Shown: positions 1 through 6,596 of the stretch, piece after piece
How positions within the stretch are numbered: position 1 is the stretch's first letter
Layout: each line of letters starts with the position of its first letter
Virus record (IMG/VR): IMGVR_UViG_3300050190_000059
Coordinates: 1-64,000 of that record
Direction: 5' to 3' (one strand)
Origin: a virus
DNA length: 64,000 nucleotides
Program-made: the position numbers and the translations under genes
Notes under the pieces: model-generated
What the model was told of the DNA's origin: nothing
What the model saw: the letters and a program-made list of their open reading frames with translations, nothing else
Database searches by the model: none

Positions 1-151
1 ATCACTTTGCAGGCAAACTGTGTGACAAGTGATATCACTTTGCAGGCAAACTGTGTGACAAGTGATATCACTTTGCAGGCAAACTGTGTGACAAGTGATA
101 TCACTTTGCAGGCAAACTGTGTGACAACCGATATCGCTTTGCACATCACAC
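1..151. repeat. 33-bp tandem direct repeat array (iterons). There are 4 full units and a degenerate fifth. Each unit junction forms the 14-bp palindrome AAGTGATATCACTT.
   Basis: Unit ATCACTTTGCAGGCAAACTGTGTGACAAGTGAT lies at 1-33, 34-66 and 67-99. Unit 100-132 has 2 changes. 133-151 is degenerate. The array touches the window edge and may continue upstream. Confidence 0.9.
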
Positions 152-206
152 TTATGCCCGAATGCGGCTCACGCGTTTCACGAGGATGAGCCGATAACTT
201 TTGTGC

Positions 207-236
207 TTGACAACTGATATCAGTTTGTGTTACGCT
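207..236 (+). promoter_or_regulatory. sigma70-like promoter with an operator-like palindrome in the spacer
   Basis: TTGACA (207-212), 18 nt, TACGCT (231-236). The spacer holds the perfect palindrome AACTGATATCAGTT (212-225), related to the iteron palindrome. Confidence 0.5.
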
Positions 237-254
237 CTGATTGTGAAGATTAGC

Positions 255-599
255 ATGACATCCCGAGAGTTCCAAGACCTTCGGCAGCCGTGCGTTTACG
301 TGCTGTGGCGTGATGACATCCTAGGTGATGAAGTCCTTTATGTTGGCGCGACCGCACACGGGTACAGCCGATTGTTCGTTAAGAACACAGGCGCAGATGG
401 TCCTAACAGAGGTCTTGCGTTTGACCATTGCACCAGAGTTACGGTGGAGTTTTTCTCATCGCGCAACGAGGCATTAGAGGAAGAAAAACAATTGATACAC
501 ACACATCATCCAAAATACAATTGTCGATGCGTGTTGTGCGACGGTCAATGGAACAAGTCGACCGTGACAGGCAAACCAATGTGGTACTACAAGCCATGA
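255..599 (+). CDS. GIY-YIG nuclease domain protein
   Basis: Lies in ORF 201..599. Motifs: CVYVLW...VLYVGAT (GIY/YIG), YSRL Arg, NEALEEEKQLI Glu, HPKYN Asn. ATG 255 was chosen. GTG 243 is an alternative and lies 6 nt after the -10. Confidence 0.7.
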   Translation: MTSREFQDLRQPCVYVLWRDDILGDEVLYVGATAHGYSRLFVKNTGADGPNRGLAFDHCTRVTVEFFSSRNEALEEEKQLIHTHHPKYNCRCVLCDGQWNKSTVTGKPMWYYKP

Positions 600-781
600 A
601 GCGATTCATCACCCAATTAGACGAGGTCACGCTGTCGCGCCTGCAAGCATGCGCATCAGCCACCAGCACGAGCGTCGCGCAGGTCATCCGCTTGTGCATT
701 GAGCGTCGACTGCCTATAATCGAGGCAGCAATCAAGGAACAACAGGAGAGACCATGCGAAAGTGCAAAATTTGCCAAGTAG
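596..781 (+). CDS. ribbon-helix-helix (CopG/Arc-like) DNA-binding protein
   Basis: ATGA overlap with the upstream stop. MKRFITQLDEVTLSRLQACASATSTSVAQVIRLCIERRL fits the beta-alpha-alpha RHH pattern. Confidence 0.55.
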   Translation: MKRFITQLDEVTLSRLQACASATSTSVAQVIRLCIERRLPIIEAAIKEQQERPCESAKFAK

Positions 782-1233
782 AATTAACTAAAGAAAACTC
801 ATGCCCCAGTTACGTTCGCTATAAGAATGGCGGAACATGCCACACCTGTGATCGGAAAATCGCTAAATCACGGCGTGTTCAAGACCCTTTAACTTTTATT
901 ATGTATAGGGCACGAGGCAACGCAAAGATCAGAGACATCGAGTTCGATATCACTGAGGCCGACCTTCCCACGATTCCAGAGTTTTGCCCGGTGTTCCCGT
1001 GGATTAAAATAGTATATCAAGTCGGCGAGGGTAAGTGTGATGGCAGCCTATCACTAGATCGCATCGACTCATCAAAGGGCTATATAAAAGGGAATCTCCG
1101 ATTTGTTTCTAGCAAGGCTAACAGTCTGAAAAGCGACATGAGCGACGCGCAGTTAATCGCGCTGGGAACTGATGCAGAGAAAAGGATTCGAGCGGGACTG
1201 CCGCACATCGGGGATAAATCATGTCAATCGTAA
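754..1233 (+). CDS. HNH/His-Me-finger endonuclease-like protein (DRID..GN..N..K type)
   Basis: N-terminal Cys pairs (CKIC...CHTC). C-terminal SLDRIDSSKGYIKGNLRFVSSKANSLK. Paralog of 7422..7826. GGAGAG RBS. Confidence 0.55.
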   Translation: MRKCKICQVELTKENSCPSYVRYKNGGTCHTCDRKIAKSRRVQDPLTFIMYRARGNAKIRDIEFDITEADLPTIPEFCPVFPWIKIVYQVGEGKCDGSLSLDRIDSSKGYIKGNLRFVSSKANSLKSDMSDAQLIALGTDAEKRIRAGLPHIGDKSCQS

Positions 1234-1301
1234 TCGGTCTCGCCTTGTTCTACATAATCGTGATGGGCTGCATATTCGTGCCCCGACGACGCAAGGACTA
1301 G
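1221..1301 (+). CDS. small hydrophobic peptide (26 aa)
   Basis: MSIVIGLALFYIIVMGCIFVPRRRKD, one TM segment plus a basic tail. Not in the ORF track (<60 aa). Confidence 0.3.
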   Translation: MSIVIGLALFYIIVMGCIFVPRRRKD

Positions 1302-1343
1302 TACCAACGTACCATTGACTCTACCGTGCGGACATGAGAGGAT
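1301..1343 (+). promoter_or_regulatory. promoter with GTACC upstream repeats and extended -10
   Basis: GTACC at 1301 and 1309. TTGACT (1315-1320), 17 nt, GAGGAT (1338-1343), with TG at 1335-1336. Confidence 0.55.
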
Positions 1344-1349
1344 GGATAC

Positions 1350-1571
1350 ATGGAAACCACACTATCACCGACACTGCAAGCACTGCTCGACGCAGAGCAT
1401 GCACTCAAGAGCCAGTTTCCCCGCGCGGACTCATGGGCCAAGCGACCAGAGAGCAACTCACGCAAGTTCGCGAATCATCCAATCTGGCAGCTAATCAACA
1501 ACCGTGATGGCGCGCGTCGCCTTGCGCTGCATCGCATTTATCGTGGCGATGCACCCGCACCGAGGTTCTAA
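1350..1571 (+). CDS. hypothetical protein (candidate leaderless start)
   Basis: 73-aa ORF. The ATG lies 6 nt after the predicted -10 and has no SD. Confidence 0.6.
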   Translation: METTLSPTLQALLDAEHALKSQFPRADSWAKRPESNSRKFANHPIWQLINNRDGARRLALHRIYRGDAPAPRF

Positions 1572-1578
1572 AACCAAA

Positions 1579-1613
1579 GTACTATTGACCTGAAAACGAT
1601 GTGATGGTATCAT
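1579..1613 (+). promoter_or_regulatory. promoter, extended -10
   Basis: GTACTATTGACC (-35 at 1585-1590), 17 nt, TGG TATCAT (-10 at 1608-1613). Confidence 0.55.
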
Positions 1614-1634
1614 CTTAACAGTGAGGAAAACAAA

Positions 1635-1853
1635 ATGCGAGTCAGAGTAAACAGCATCTACCGCTTCAACCCGGGTTTCATGGACCGTAACAGCGGCATC
1701 GAGGTGGGTACTCTGGTTCGCGTTATTAATCTTCACGGCTGCCCACCAGCGAACATGATGGGACAGTGCTACGTTGTCGACGTGGACAATGCGAAGGGCG
1801 ATACCAGCAACTTCGAGATGGTCGACACGCGCAGTTTGGAGGCGCGGTCATGA
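1635..1853 (+). CDS. hypothetical protein
   Basis: 72-aa ORF. RBS GTGAGGAAAA upstream. Confidence 0.65.
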   Translation: MRVRVNSIYRFNPGFMDRNSGIEVGTLVRVINLHGCPPANMMGQCYVVDVDNAKGDTSNFEMVDTRSLEARS

Positions 1854-2011
1854 ACTTCTTCAAAGTTCTTTTCACAGTTATTTTCTTCTCAATTATGTGG
1901 GCCACCTTTGGCTTCAGCATGGCTTGTACCGTCACCGTGATACAATTCATAGCAGGCTTTATCTCTGGATTCATTTGGGGCTTCTTAAACCGCATCGCGG
2001 AGACAGCATGA
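1850..2011 (+). CDS. small membrane protein
   Basis: ATGA coupling. MNFFKVLFTVIFFSIMWATFGFSMACTVTVIQFIAGFISGFIWGF gives 2 predicted TM segments. Confidence 0.55.
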   Translation: MNFFKVLFTVIFFSIMWATFGFSMACTVTVIQFIAGFISGFIWGFLNRIAETA

Positions 2012-2085
2012 GCACTATCGATATAATCTGCCTGTTCTTCATAATATTCAGTATCCGACGTATAATCGACGCATATAAATCCTAG
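2008..2085 (+). CDS. small hydrophobic peptide (25 aa)
   Basis: ATGA coupling. MSTIDIICLFFIIFSIRRIIDAYKS. Confidence 0.3.
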   Translation: MSTIDIICLFFIIFSIRRIIDAYKS

Positions 2086-2094
2086 GAGGATACA

Positions 2095-2418
2095 ATGGCA
2101 CACGAAGTTCAAGGGGCAATCATGAACTGCGAAACCTGCAAGGCCAAAATCCCTACGCTACACACGCGGCTGATGCGCGTGAATTCAGAATTATGGCAAG
2201 TCGGGTTGGAGTATTACACCACACTCGCGTATCCACTAGGCGCTGTCGAGCGCATCCTTTCTAAACACGGGTTCGCTATCTCAGATGCGCCGGACGTAAC
2301 GGTATGCGCTGGCGTCGACGGCAAACGTCACACCGAAGTCGGCGACGGCAAGTGGTTGAGTCTCACGTGGCACCGTATGGAGTCCGGACGTTTCGAAATT
2401 GTAGTATATGTGAACTAA
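2095..2418 (+). CDS. hypothetical protein
   Basis: 107-aa ORF. RBS TAGGAGGA upstream. Confidence 0.7.
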   Translation: MAHEVQGAIMNCETCKAKIPTLHTRLMRVNSELWQVGLEYYTTLAYPLGAVERILSKHGFAISDAPDVTVCAGVDGKRHTEVGDGKWLSLTWHRMESGRFEIVVYVN

Positions 2419-2419
2419 A

Positions 2420-2941
2420 ATGAGACAGAATATGTTCACAGACGCGGAAGAAAAAGTTATAACAGAATTTTATTCTGAGGGCCTATCATCTCATGACGTC
2501 GCGAAAATATGTAAATGCACATTGCAGACAGTTCTTCATATCGTCCGCAGGCAAGGCGGGGCTGTCCGTGGTAAATGGGATAATCACAAGATATATTTTC
2601 GCAACAAAGACCGCGAATGCAGTTTGCGCCAGCTTTACGATTTATCGGCAGAAGATATGGATTGGATGCACAAACATCAGAGTGGTGAGTGTTTGTGGTG
2701 CACTGCCAAACTACCAACAGACTCATTGAAGTGTGTAGTAGATCATATTGGCGGGGTAGAGACGCGCGGCGACCGTACTAAAGTTCGCGGACTTGTGTGT
2801 TCAGTCAAATGTAACTATATCGCGGGCATCGTCGAGAATGACTATATCCAGAACAAAGATTTTGGATTACTAGCGTCGTTCGTAGCACGTGTGCGCCATG
2901 TGATGAAATTTAATAAAGGGAGCCTTTCATATGTCAACTAA
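2420..2941 (+). CDS. HTH + recombination endonuclease VII-family nuclease
   Basis: N-terminal sigma-r4-like HTH (GLSSHDVAKICKCTLQTVLHIV). CLWC...VVDHIGG...VRGLVCSVKCN matches the Endo VII CxxC..DH..RGLLC..CN pattern. Confidence 0.75.
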   Translation: MRQNMFTDAEEKVITEFYSEGLSSHDVAKICKCTLQTVLHIVRRQGGAVRGKWDNHKIYFRNKDRECSLRQLYDLSAEDMDWMHKHQSGECLWCTAKLPTDSLKCVVDHIGGVETRGDRTKVRGLVCSVKCNYIAGIVENDYIQNKDFGLLASFVARVRHVMKFNKGSLSYVN

Positions 2942-3053
2942 CGCCACACTCGTTTGCGCACGCTGCGCGCGACCAGCGCAGGAGCAACACAAGATCGGTG
3001 CTTACACGTATTGCACCGACTGTGCAGAGAAGGTTCGCGAGGTGAAACCGTGA
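2931..3053 (+). CDS. small zinc-ribbon-like protein (40 aa)
   Basis: MSTNATLVCARCARPAQEQHKIGAYTYCTDCAEKVREVKP has two CxxC pairs. AAAGGGAG RBS. Below the ORF-track cutoff. Confidence 0.4.
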   Translation: MSTNATLVCARCARPAQEQHKIGAYTYCTDCAEKVREVKP

Positions 3054-3169
3054 TAGTATTCATTGTGTGGTTTATGGCATTAGTCGGGCTAATCAAGTTT
3101 ACCAAAGGCTGGACGCGCGGGCTTTTAATTGCTGCGTTCGTTTTTGGTTCGATACTGGTGATTTTATGA
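3050..3169 (+). CDS. small membrane protein
   Basis: GTGA coupling. VIVFIVWFMALVGLIKFTKGWTRGLLIAAFVFGSILVIL. The longer ORF 2954..3169 has an N-terminal part that does not look protein-like. Confidence 0.35.
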   Translation: MIVFIVWFMALVGLIKFTKGWTRGLLIAAFVFGSILVIL

Positions 3170-3342
3170 GAACCGTGCTGTTTCTCTGTGGTTCACTCGC
3201 TGTGTTCTCATTGGCAATCTTCGTTGGCGCAAACCAATCGCAAGTGACGTTGTACTACGGCTCAGCGTGCGTGGCTGTAGTTTCCATTTTAATCGTGATG
3301 TGGGCGGTATATCCTATTTGGTGTAAGGGACCACTGGCATGA
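3166..3342 (+). CDS. small membrane protein
   Basis: ATGA coupling. MRTVLFLCGSLAVFSLAIFVG...VAVVSILIVMWAVYPIW gives 2 TM segments. Confidence 0.5.
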   Translation: MRTVLFLCGSLAVFSLAIFVGANQSQVTLYYGSACVAVVSILIVMWAVYPIWCKGPLA

Positions 3343-3506
3343 GTATAGGCTATGAAAAATGTGTGTGTCATTTCTGCGGCAAGAAGAACGCCGGACACGC
3401 GCGTGCAGAGGATTCGAAACCCGGTGGCCCGTACTTCGATGCGTGTGAGGCGTGCGCGAAGAAACCGTACCCTAGTACCGAAGTACCATTGACTACACAA
3501 CCGTAG
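3339..3506 (+). CDS. small Cys-rich protein (55 aa)
   Basis: ATGA coupling. CVCHFCGKK...CEACAKK. Frame checked codon by codon to TAG 3504-3506. Confidence 0.45.
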   Translation: MSIGYEKCVCHFCGKKNAGHARAEDSKPGGPYFDACEACAKKPYPSTEVPLTTQP

Positions 3507-3517
3507 TATGAGATAGT
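3467..3517 (+). promoter_or_regulatory. promoter with three phased GTACC repeats and extended -10
   Basis: GTACC at 3467, 3475 and 3483 (8-bp phase). TTGACT (3489-3494), 17 nt, GATAGT (3512-3517), with TG at 3509-3510. Confidence 0.55.
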
Positions 3518-3536
3518 GTTAATAGAGGAAAAGAAA

Positions 3537-3824
3537 ATGTTGAGCCTGATTAGAGAGTGGGACTGGGTAAAAGAGTGTGAGCGTTGGTTCCGACCCATCC
3601 CAGTGATAGCAGTGGTTCGCCACGCTGGTGAAGAGATTGCGAAGTGCACAGATTGCCACAAGCTGTTGAAGGTTCACTACTTCAATCGCCTGATTGTGCA
3701 CCTCCGAGTGGACCACGACCTGTCCGAGAATGCGGCGATTGAGACCACCACTTGGATTATGGACCGTGTGTACCGCACCCGCATGGCAGCGACTAGGCTG
3801 GCAGGCGCGCGGGGTAAGCTGTGA
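3537..3824 (+). CDS. hypothetical protein
   Basis: Lies in ORF 3516..3824. ATG 3537 is preceded by GAGGAAAAG. Confidence 0.65.
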   Translation: MLSLIREWDWVKECERWFRPIPVIAVVRHAGEEIAKCTDCHKLLKVHYFNRLIVHLRVDHDLSENAAIETTTWIMDRVYRTRMAATRLAGARGKL

Positions 3825-3829
3825 ACCAC

Positions 3830-3937
3830 ATGAGCTATGTGGCCTACCTGCTGATTCTGGCTGTATCAGGCGCAGGGCTGCTGGCTGTCGACATCTACAT
3901 CGTAATTACGAACTGGTTTTCGAGGGAGTTAAAGTGA
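3830..3937 (+). CDS. small membrane peptide (35 aa)
   Basis: MSYVAYLLILAVSGAGLLAVDIYIVITNWFSRELK. The stop overlaps the next GTG start. Confidence 0.4.
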   Translation: MSYVAYLLILAVSGAGLLAVDIYIVITNWFSRELK

Positions 3938-4197
3938 AAGAAGCAAATCCAATGCAAGATATTCACGACTTAGCGGATTTGTTCATCGACCGCTACATTG
4001 CGGGTAACCCGGTTGCGCCCACGATGCACGTGTTCATCAATGAGGACTCAAAATATCTTCACGGCAAACTGTCATCAGGTAAAACGGTATTCCGCGACCA
4101 GATTGACGGCGCGCAAGTATTCTTAACCGAGGATGACATCGGTTTGCAAGGCACCTACTTGCCCGCGCCACACTTCTTGATTAAAGGGAGCCACTAA
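3934..4197 (+). CDS. hypothetical protein
   Basis: In frame with ORF 3694..4197. GTG 3934 follows GAGGGAG. ATG 3952 is an alternative. Confidence 0.6.
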   Translation: MKEANPMQDIHDLADLFIDRYIAGNPVAPTMHVFINEDSKYLHGKLSSGKTVFRDQIDGAQVFLTEDDIGLQGTYLPAPHFLIKGSH

Positions 4198-4430
4198 TGT
4201 TTAAAGACATTTACACTTTTCCGATAAAGGAATTAAAACTCAGCCGCTGCGAAATGATTACCACGCTGAACTACCACCGTCGGTTGGAGCGCATCGCTAA
4301 CCCCGAGGTCGACAGTTCATGCGGTCCCGTTCGTTCGATGCTGCTGGTGACCTGCGCGGAGCCTTCAAAGGCACGCTACATCGGTTACACGGTAGCAGGT
4401 AAGCAGATAATCGAGGAGGTAGCACTGTGA
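4197..4430 (+). CDS. hypothetical protein
   Basis: 77-aa ORF, TAATG coupling. Confidence 0.65.
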   Translation: MFKDIYTFPIKELKLSRCEMITTLNYHRRLERIANPEVDSSCGPVRSMLLVTCAEPSKARYIGYTVAGKQIIEEVAL

Positions 4431-4678
4431 GCGACAACTACAGCGACATCACACCGAAGGAATTCGTGACCAACGCGGCGGACACATCCGCATCGCCACG
4501 ACAGGTTCCGCAACGCGAGAACGCGCGCGAGTACGAGGCCGCGTTGCAGCATCTGGACAACGAGATATTCAGACTGCTCATTAAACGCGAGCGAGAACTG
4601 GACGCACTGCGCGCAATCAGCGAGGGACTCGCGAAACAGAACTTCGAATTGCTCAAAGAGACCGTACCGGAGTACTAG
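4427..4678 (+). CDS. hypothetical protein (coiled-coil C-terminus)
   Basis: 83-aa ORF, GTGA coupling. Confidence 0.65.
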   Translation: MSDNYSDITPKEFVTNAADTSASPRQVPQRENAREYEAALQHLDNEIFRLLIKRERELDALRAISEGLAKQNFELLKETVPEY

Positions 4679-4729
4679 GCCGAAAGTACCACGAGGTACT
4701 ATTGCATTCTCCTCTGGGTGTGATATACT
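4664..4729 (+). promoter_or_regulatory. promoter with four GTACY elements
   Basis: GTACC 4664, GTACT 4672, GTACC 4686, GTACT 4696. TTGCAT (4702-4707), 16 nt, TATACT (4724-4729), with TG at 4721-4722. Confidence 0.5.
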
Positions 4730-4735
4730 TTAAAC

Positions 4736-4936
4736 ATGGAAAACATCATAGCAATTTGTAAAGACTGCGGCAATGGCACACTGAACGGAAAGACGAACCC
4801 TCAGTTCCATATGTATGAGGGCAGGTATAACGACGTGGTCGTCTGCAACCGCTGCGATAGCAGCCATGTGGACGTAGTCTCCACCGGGGACGCGGACGAT
4901 GTTGAATTCGAGAACCGCTACGGGGTAAAGGAATAA
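4736..4936 (+). CDS. zinc-ribbon protein (candidate leaderless start)
   Basis: CKDCGNG...CNRCDS. The ATG lies 6 nt after the -10. Confidence 0.65.
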   Translation: MENIIAICKDCGNGTLNGKTNPQFHMYEGRYNDVVVCNRCDSSHVDVVSTGDADDVEFENRYGVKE

Positions 4937-5074
4937 TGGACATCCGGCGCGCAGTGATGATGGCGAAGGACTGCATGAAGGCTGCCACGGGTTCGAACTG
5001 CTGATGCTGGAAGCTGGACCGCGCGAAGGCGAAGGACGCATCGCGGCCAGCGTCAAACTACTGAAAGGGACAAA

Positions 5075-5233
5075 ATGACCGAGACACAGAACGCGTACAT
5101 AGCGATACGGGCCGCGATTCAAGACAGCCTGTACGAGGCAAAGGCGACCACCGACGCGTGGGACGAGTTTCCGCTTCTGCTCACGCTGGACATGATCGAG
5201 ACCTACGCCTTGAAAATGATGTGGACGTCATGA
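5075..5233 (+). CDS. hypothetical small protein (52 aa)
   Basis: AAAGGGA RBS. The stop overlaps the next ATG (ATGA). Below the ORF-track cutoff. Confidence 0.4.
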   Translation: MTETQNAYIAIRAAIQDSLYEAKATTDAWDEFPLLLTLDMIETYALKMMWTS

Positions 5234-5400
5234 GCACAGGCGAACGGTATCAGGTACGCGTACGAATCAGCATGCTGTACCGCGAGGCAAACCTGTTTGA
5301 GGACCGCGCGAGCGAAGCTGGCCGGATGAAGGCGGCTGAATTGCGCCGGGAAGCTAACGAACTGAACGAAGGACTCAGGATGCAGCACACGATTGGTTGA
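5230..5400 (+). CDS. hypothetical protein
   Basis: Internal ATG of ORF 5158..5400, coupled to the upstream stop. Confidence 0.5.
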   Translation: MSTGERYQVRVRISMLYREANLFEDRASEAGRMKAAELRREANELNEGLRMQHTIG

Positions 5401-5413
5401 ATGAATTATTGTC

Positions 5414-5442
5414 TTGACAAAGCCGATTAATAAGGGTACACT
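5414..5442 (+). promoter_or_regulatory. promoter
   Basis: TTGACA (5414-5419), 17 nt, TACACT (5437-5442). Confidence 0.5.
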
Positions 5443-5449
5443 GATTAAG

Positions 5450-5593
5450 ATGAAAGTCAGACGACAGTTTGACAAAGCTACCGAGGCCCGCCGCGCGGCA
5501 CGATTGCACGCGGCGAAGCCCGGGGCTACACGCAAGATCGAAGATAAGCGACGCAAGGCACCGAAGCACGCCAAGCCGTTGCAGGAGGAATAA
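5450..5593 (+). CDS. small highly basic protein (47 aa; candidate leaderless)
   Basis: MKVRRQFDKATEARRAARLHAAKPGATRKIEDKRRKAPKHAKPLQEE. The ATG lies 7 nt after the -10. Confidence 0.4.
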   Translation: MKVRRQFDKATEARRAARLHAAKPGATRKIEDKRRKAPKHAKPLQEE

Positions 5594-5594
5594 A

Positions 5595-5702
5595 ATGTTC
5601 TGGCAATTTTCGAGCACGAAGTTGGGCATTCTACTGGGTGTCGTGTTATTCATCGGGTGGGTTCTGGGCGCGTACTCAGCGGTGTTGGTGATGTTGTGGT
5701 AG
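5595..5702 (+). CDS. small membrane peptide (35 aa)
   Basis: MFWQFSSTKLGILLGVVLFIGWVLGAYSAVLVMLW. GGAGGA RBS. Confidence 0.45.
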   Translation: MFWQFSSTKLGILLGVVLFIGWVLGAYSAVLVMLW

Positions 5703-5775
5703 ACCTTTTGCTGTTGGGTGTGATGGTGGCCGGGGCTATCGTGCTGGTACTTTGTATCAAGTCGGCGAACCGCGA

Positions 5776-5922
5776 ATGAGGACCCGCCTGCGCGTGTACA
5801 CAATCGCGACGCTGCTCACCTCTGGGCTGTTCTTGGCGGTCGCCTACATCATTGTACATGCGCTTAATGTACTCTTCGGGCATCCTACGCCGAGTCATTA
5901 CAACGTGACAAAACTTTTGTAA
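5776..5922 (+). CDS. small membrane protein (48 aa)
   Basis: MRTRLRVYTIATLLTSGLFLAVAYIIVHAL... Confidence 0.45.
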   Translation: MRTRLRVYTIATLLTSGLFLAVAYIIVHALNVLFGHPTPSHYNVTKLL

Positions 5923-5948
5923 ATTGAAAAATGAAAGAGGAAAATAAT

Positions 5949-6401
5949 ATGGCAACACAATTTAAAATCGGAGACAGGGTTCGCATTCCTGAATCATTAA
6001 ACGATTGCTGGGCAGGCGAGGGCGAGGTGTACAGCCTTTATAACGAGGGGAGTACTAGCGTCGGTGTCCTCATGACCAGCGGTAACAGGGCTGGGAAGAA
6101 AGGCGGCTTTGATAAGAATAAGGTTCAGCCGCTGCCCCTGTTCAATGTGTCCGTCGAAACGACTGGAATGCAGATCACTAAGATCAAACGTAGCAGCCAG
6201 AAGACCGGGCTGAAGGTGTACGGCGTAGTCCGCAGCACCTCCGGCAAGGATTACAACTTCGCGTATATCCGCCGTTCTAATTTTCGCGGCTGGATTTGTT
6301 CTTGCGAGAACTTTTTCTTCACGATGTTCAAAAAGAACCGGAACTGCAAGCACATCAAGTTCGTGCGTCAGGAAGTCGGACGTTACGCGAGCAAGGCCTA
6401 G
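5949..6401 (+). CDS. SWIM zinc-finger protein
   Basis: WICSCENFFFTMFKKNRNCKHIKF fits the CxCx(n)CxH SWIM signature. RBS AAGAGGAAAA. Confidence 0.7.
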   Translation: MATQFKIGDRVRIPESLNDCWAGEGEVYSLYNEGSTSVGVLMTSGNRAGKKGGFDKNKVQPLPLFNVSVETTGMQITKIKRSSQKTGLKVYGVVRSTSGKDYNFAYIRRSNFRGWICSCENFFFTMFKKNRNCKHIKFVRQEVGRYASKA

Positions 6402-6443
6402 TACCAACGTACCATTGACGAGAACTTGAATCGAGTGTAGTCT
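6401..6443 (+). promoter_or_regulatory. promoter with GTACC repeats
   Basis: GTACC at 6401 and 6409. TTGACG (6415-6420), 17 nt, TAGTCT (6438-6443). 6391-6420 is 28/30 identical to 1291-1320. Confidence 0.55.
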
Positions 6444-6449
6444 GGTAAA

Positions 6450-6596
6450 GCTAGGATGTTTCTAGCAGAGTGGGACGACCAATGCGGCTTCCGTTCACGC
6501 GCCACCTTAAGCGGTGGAGCAGCGAGAGGCGGGGAGAGTCGCTAGGCGGTAGCACCCTAGGGCGAAACCGAAGGTCTAAGCCCATTCTGCTAGGCG
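6450..6596 (+). ncRNA. structured RNA leader / candidate cis-regulatory RNA (unclassified)
   Basis: 212-nt gap free of ORFs. A 13-bp closing helix pairs 6462-6474 with 6581-6593 (one G-U). Internal hairpins: 6502-6506/6513-6517 and 6542-6546/6556-6560, plus 6477-6480/6573-6576. An alternative 5' hairpin 6450-6454/6462-6466 competes for the P1 strand. Confidence 0.4.

Noticed and set aside
1-151. Possible CRISPR array
   Set aside because: The units are directly abutting with no spacers, the repeat itself is 33 bp, and there are no cas genes. This is a tandem repeat, not a CRISPR.
7-189. 60-aa ORF (MQANCVTSDITLQANCVTSD...) across the tandem repeats
   Set aside because: The repetitive 'protein' is simply the translation of the 33-bp (11-codon) DNA repeat. 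It has no RBS or promoter, and the region fits a protein-binding DNA array better.
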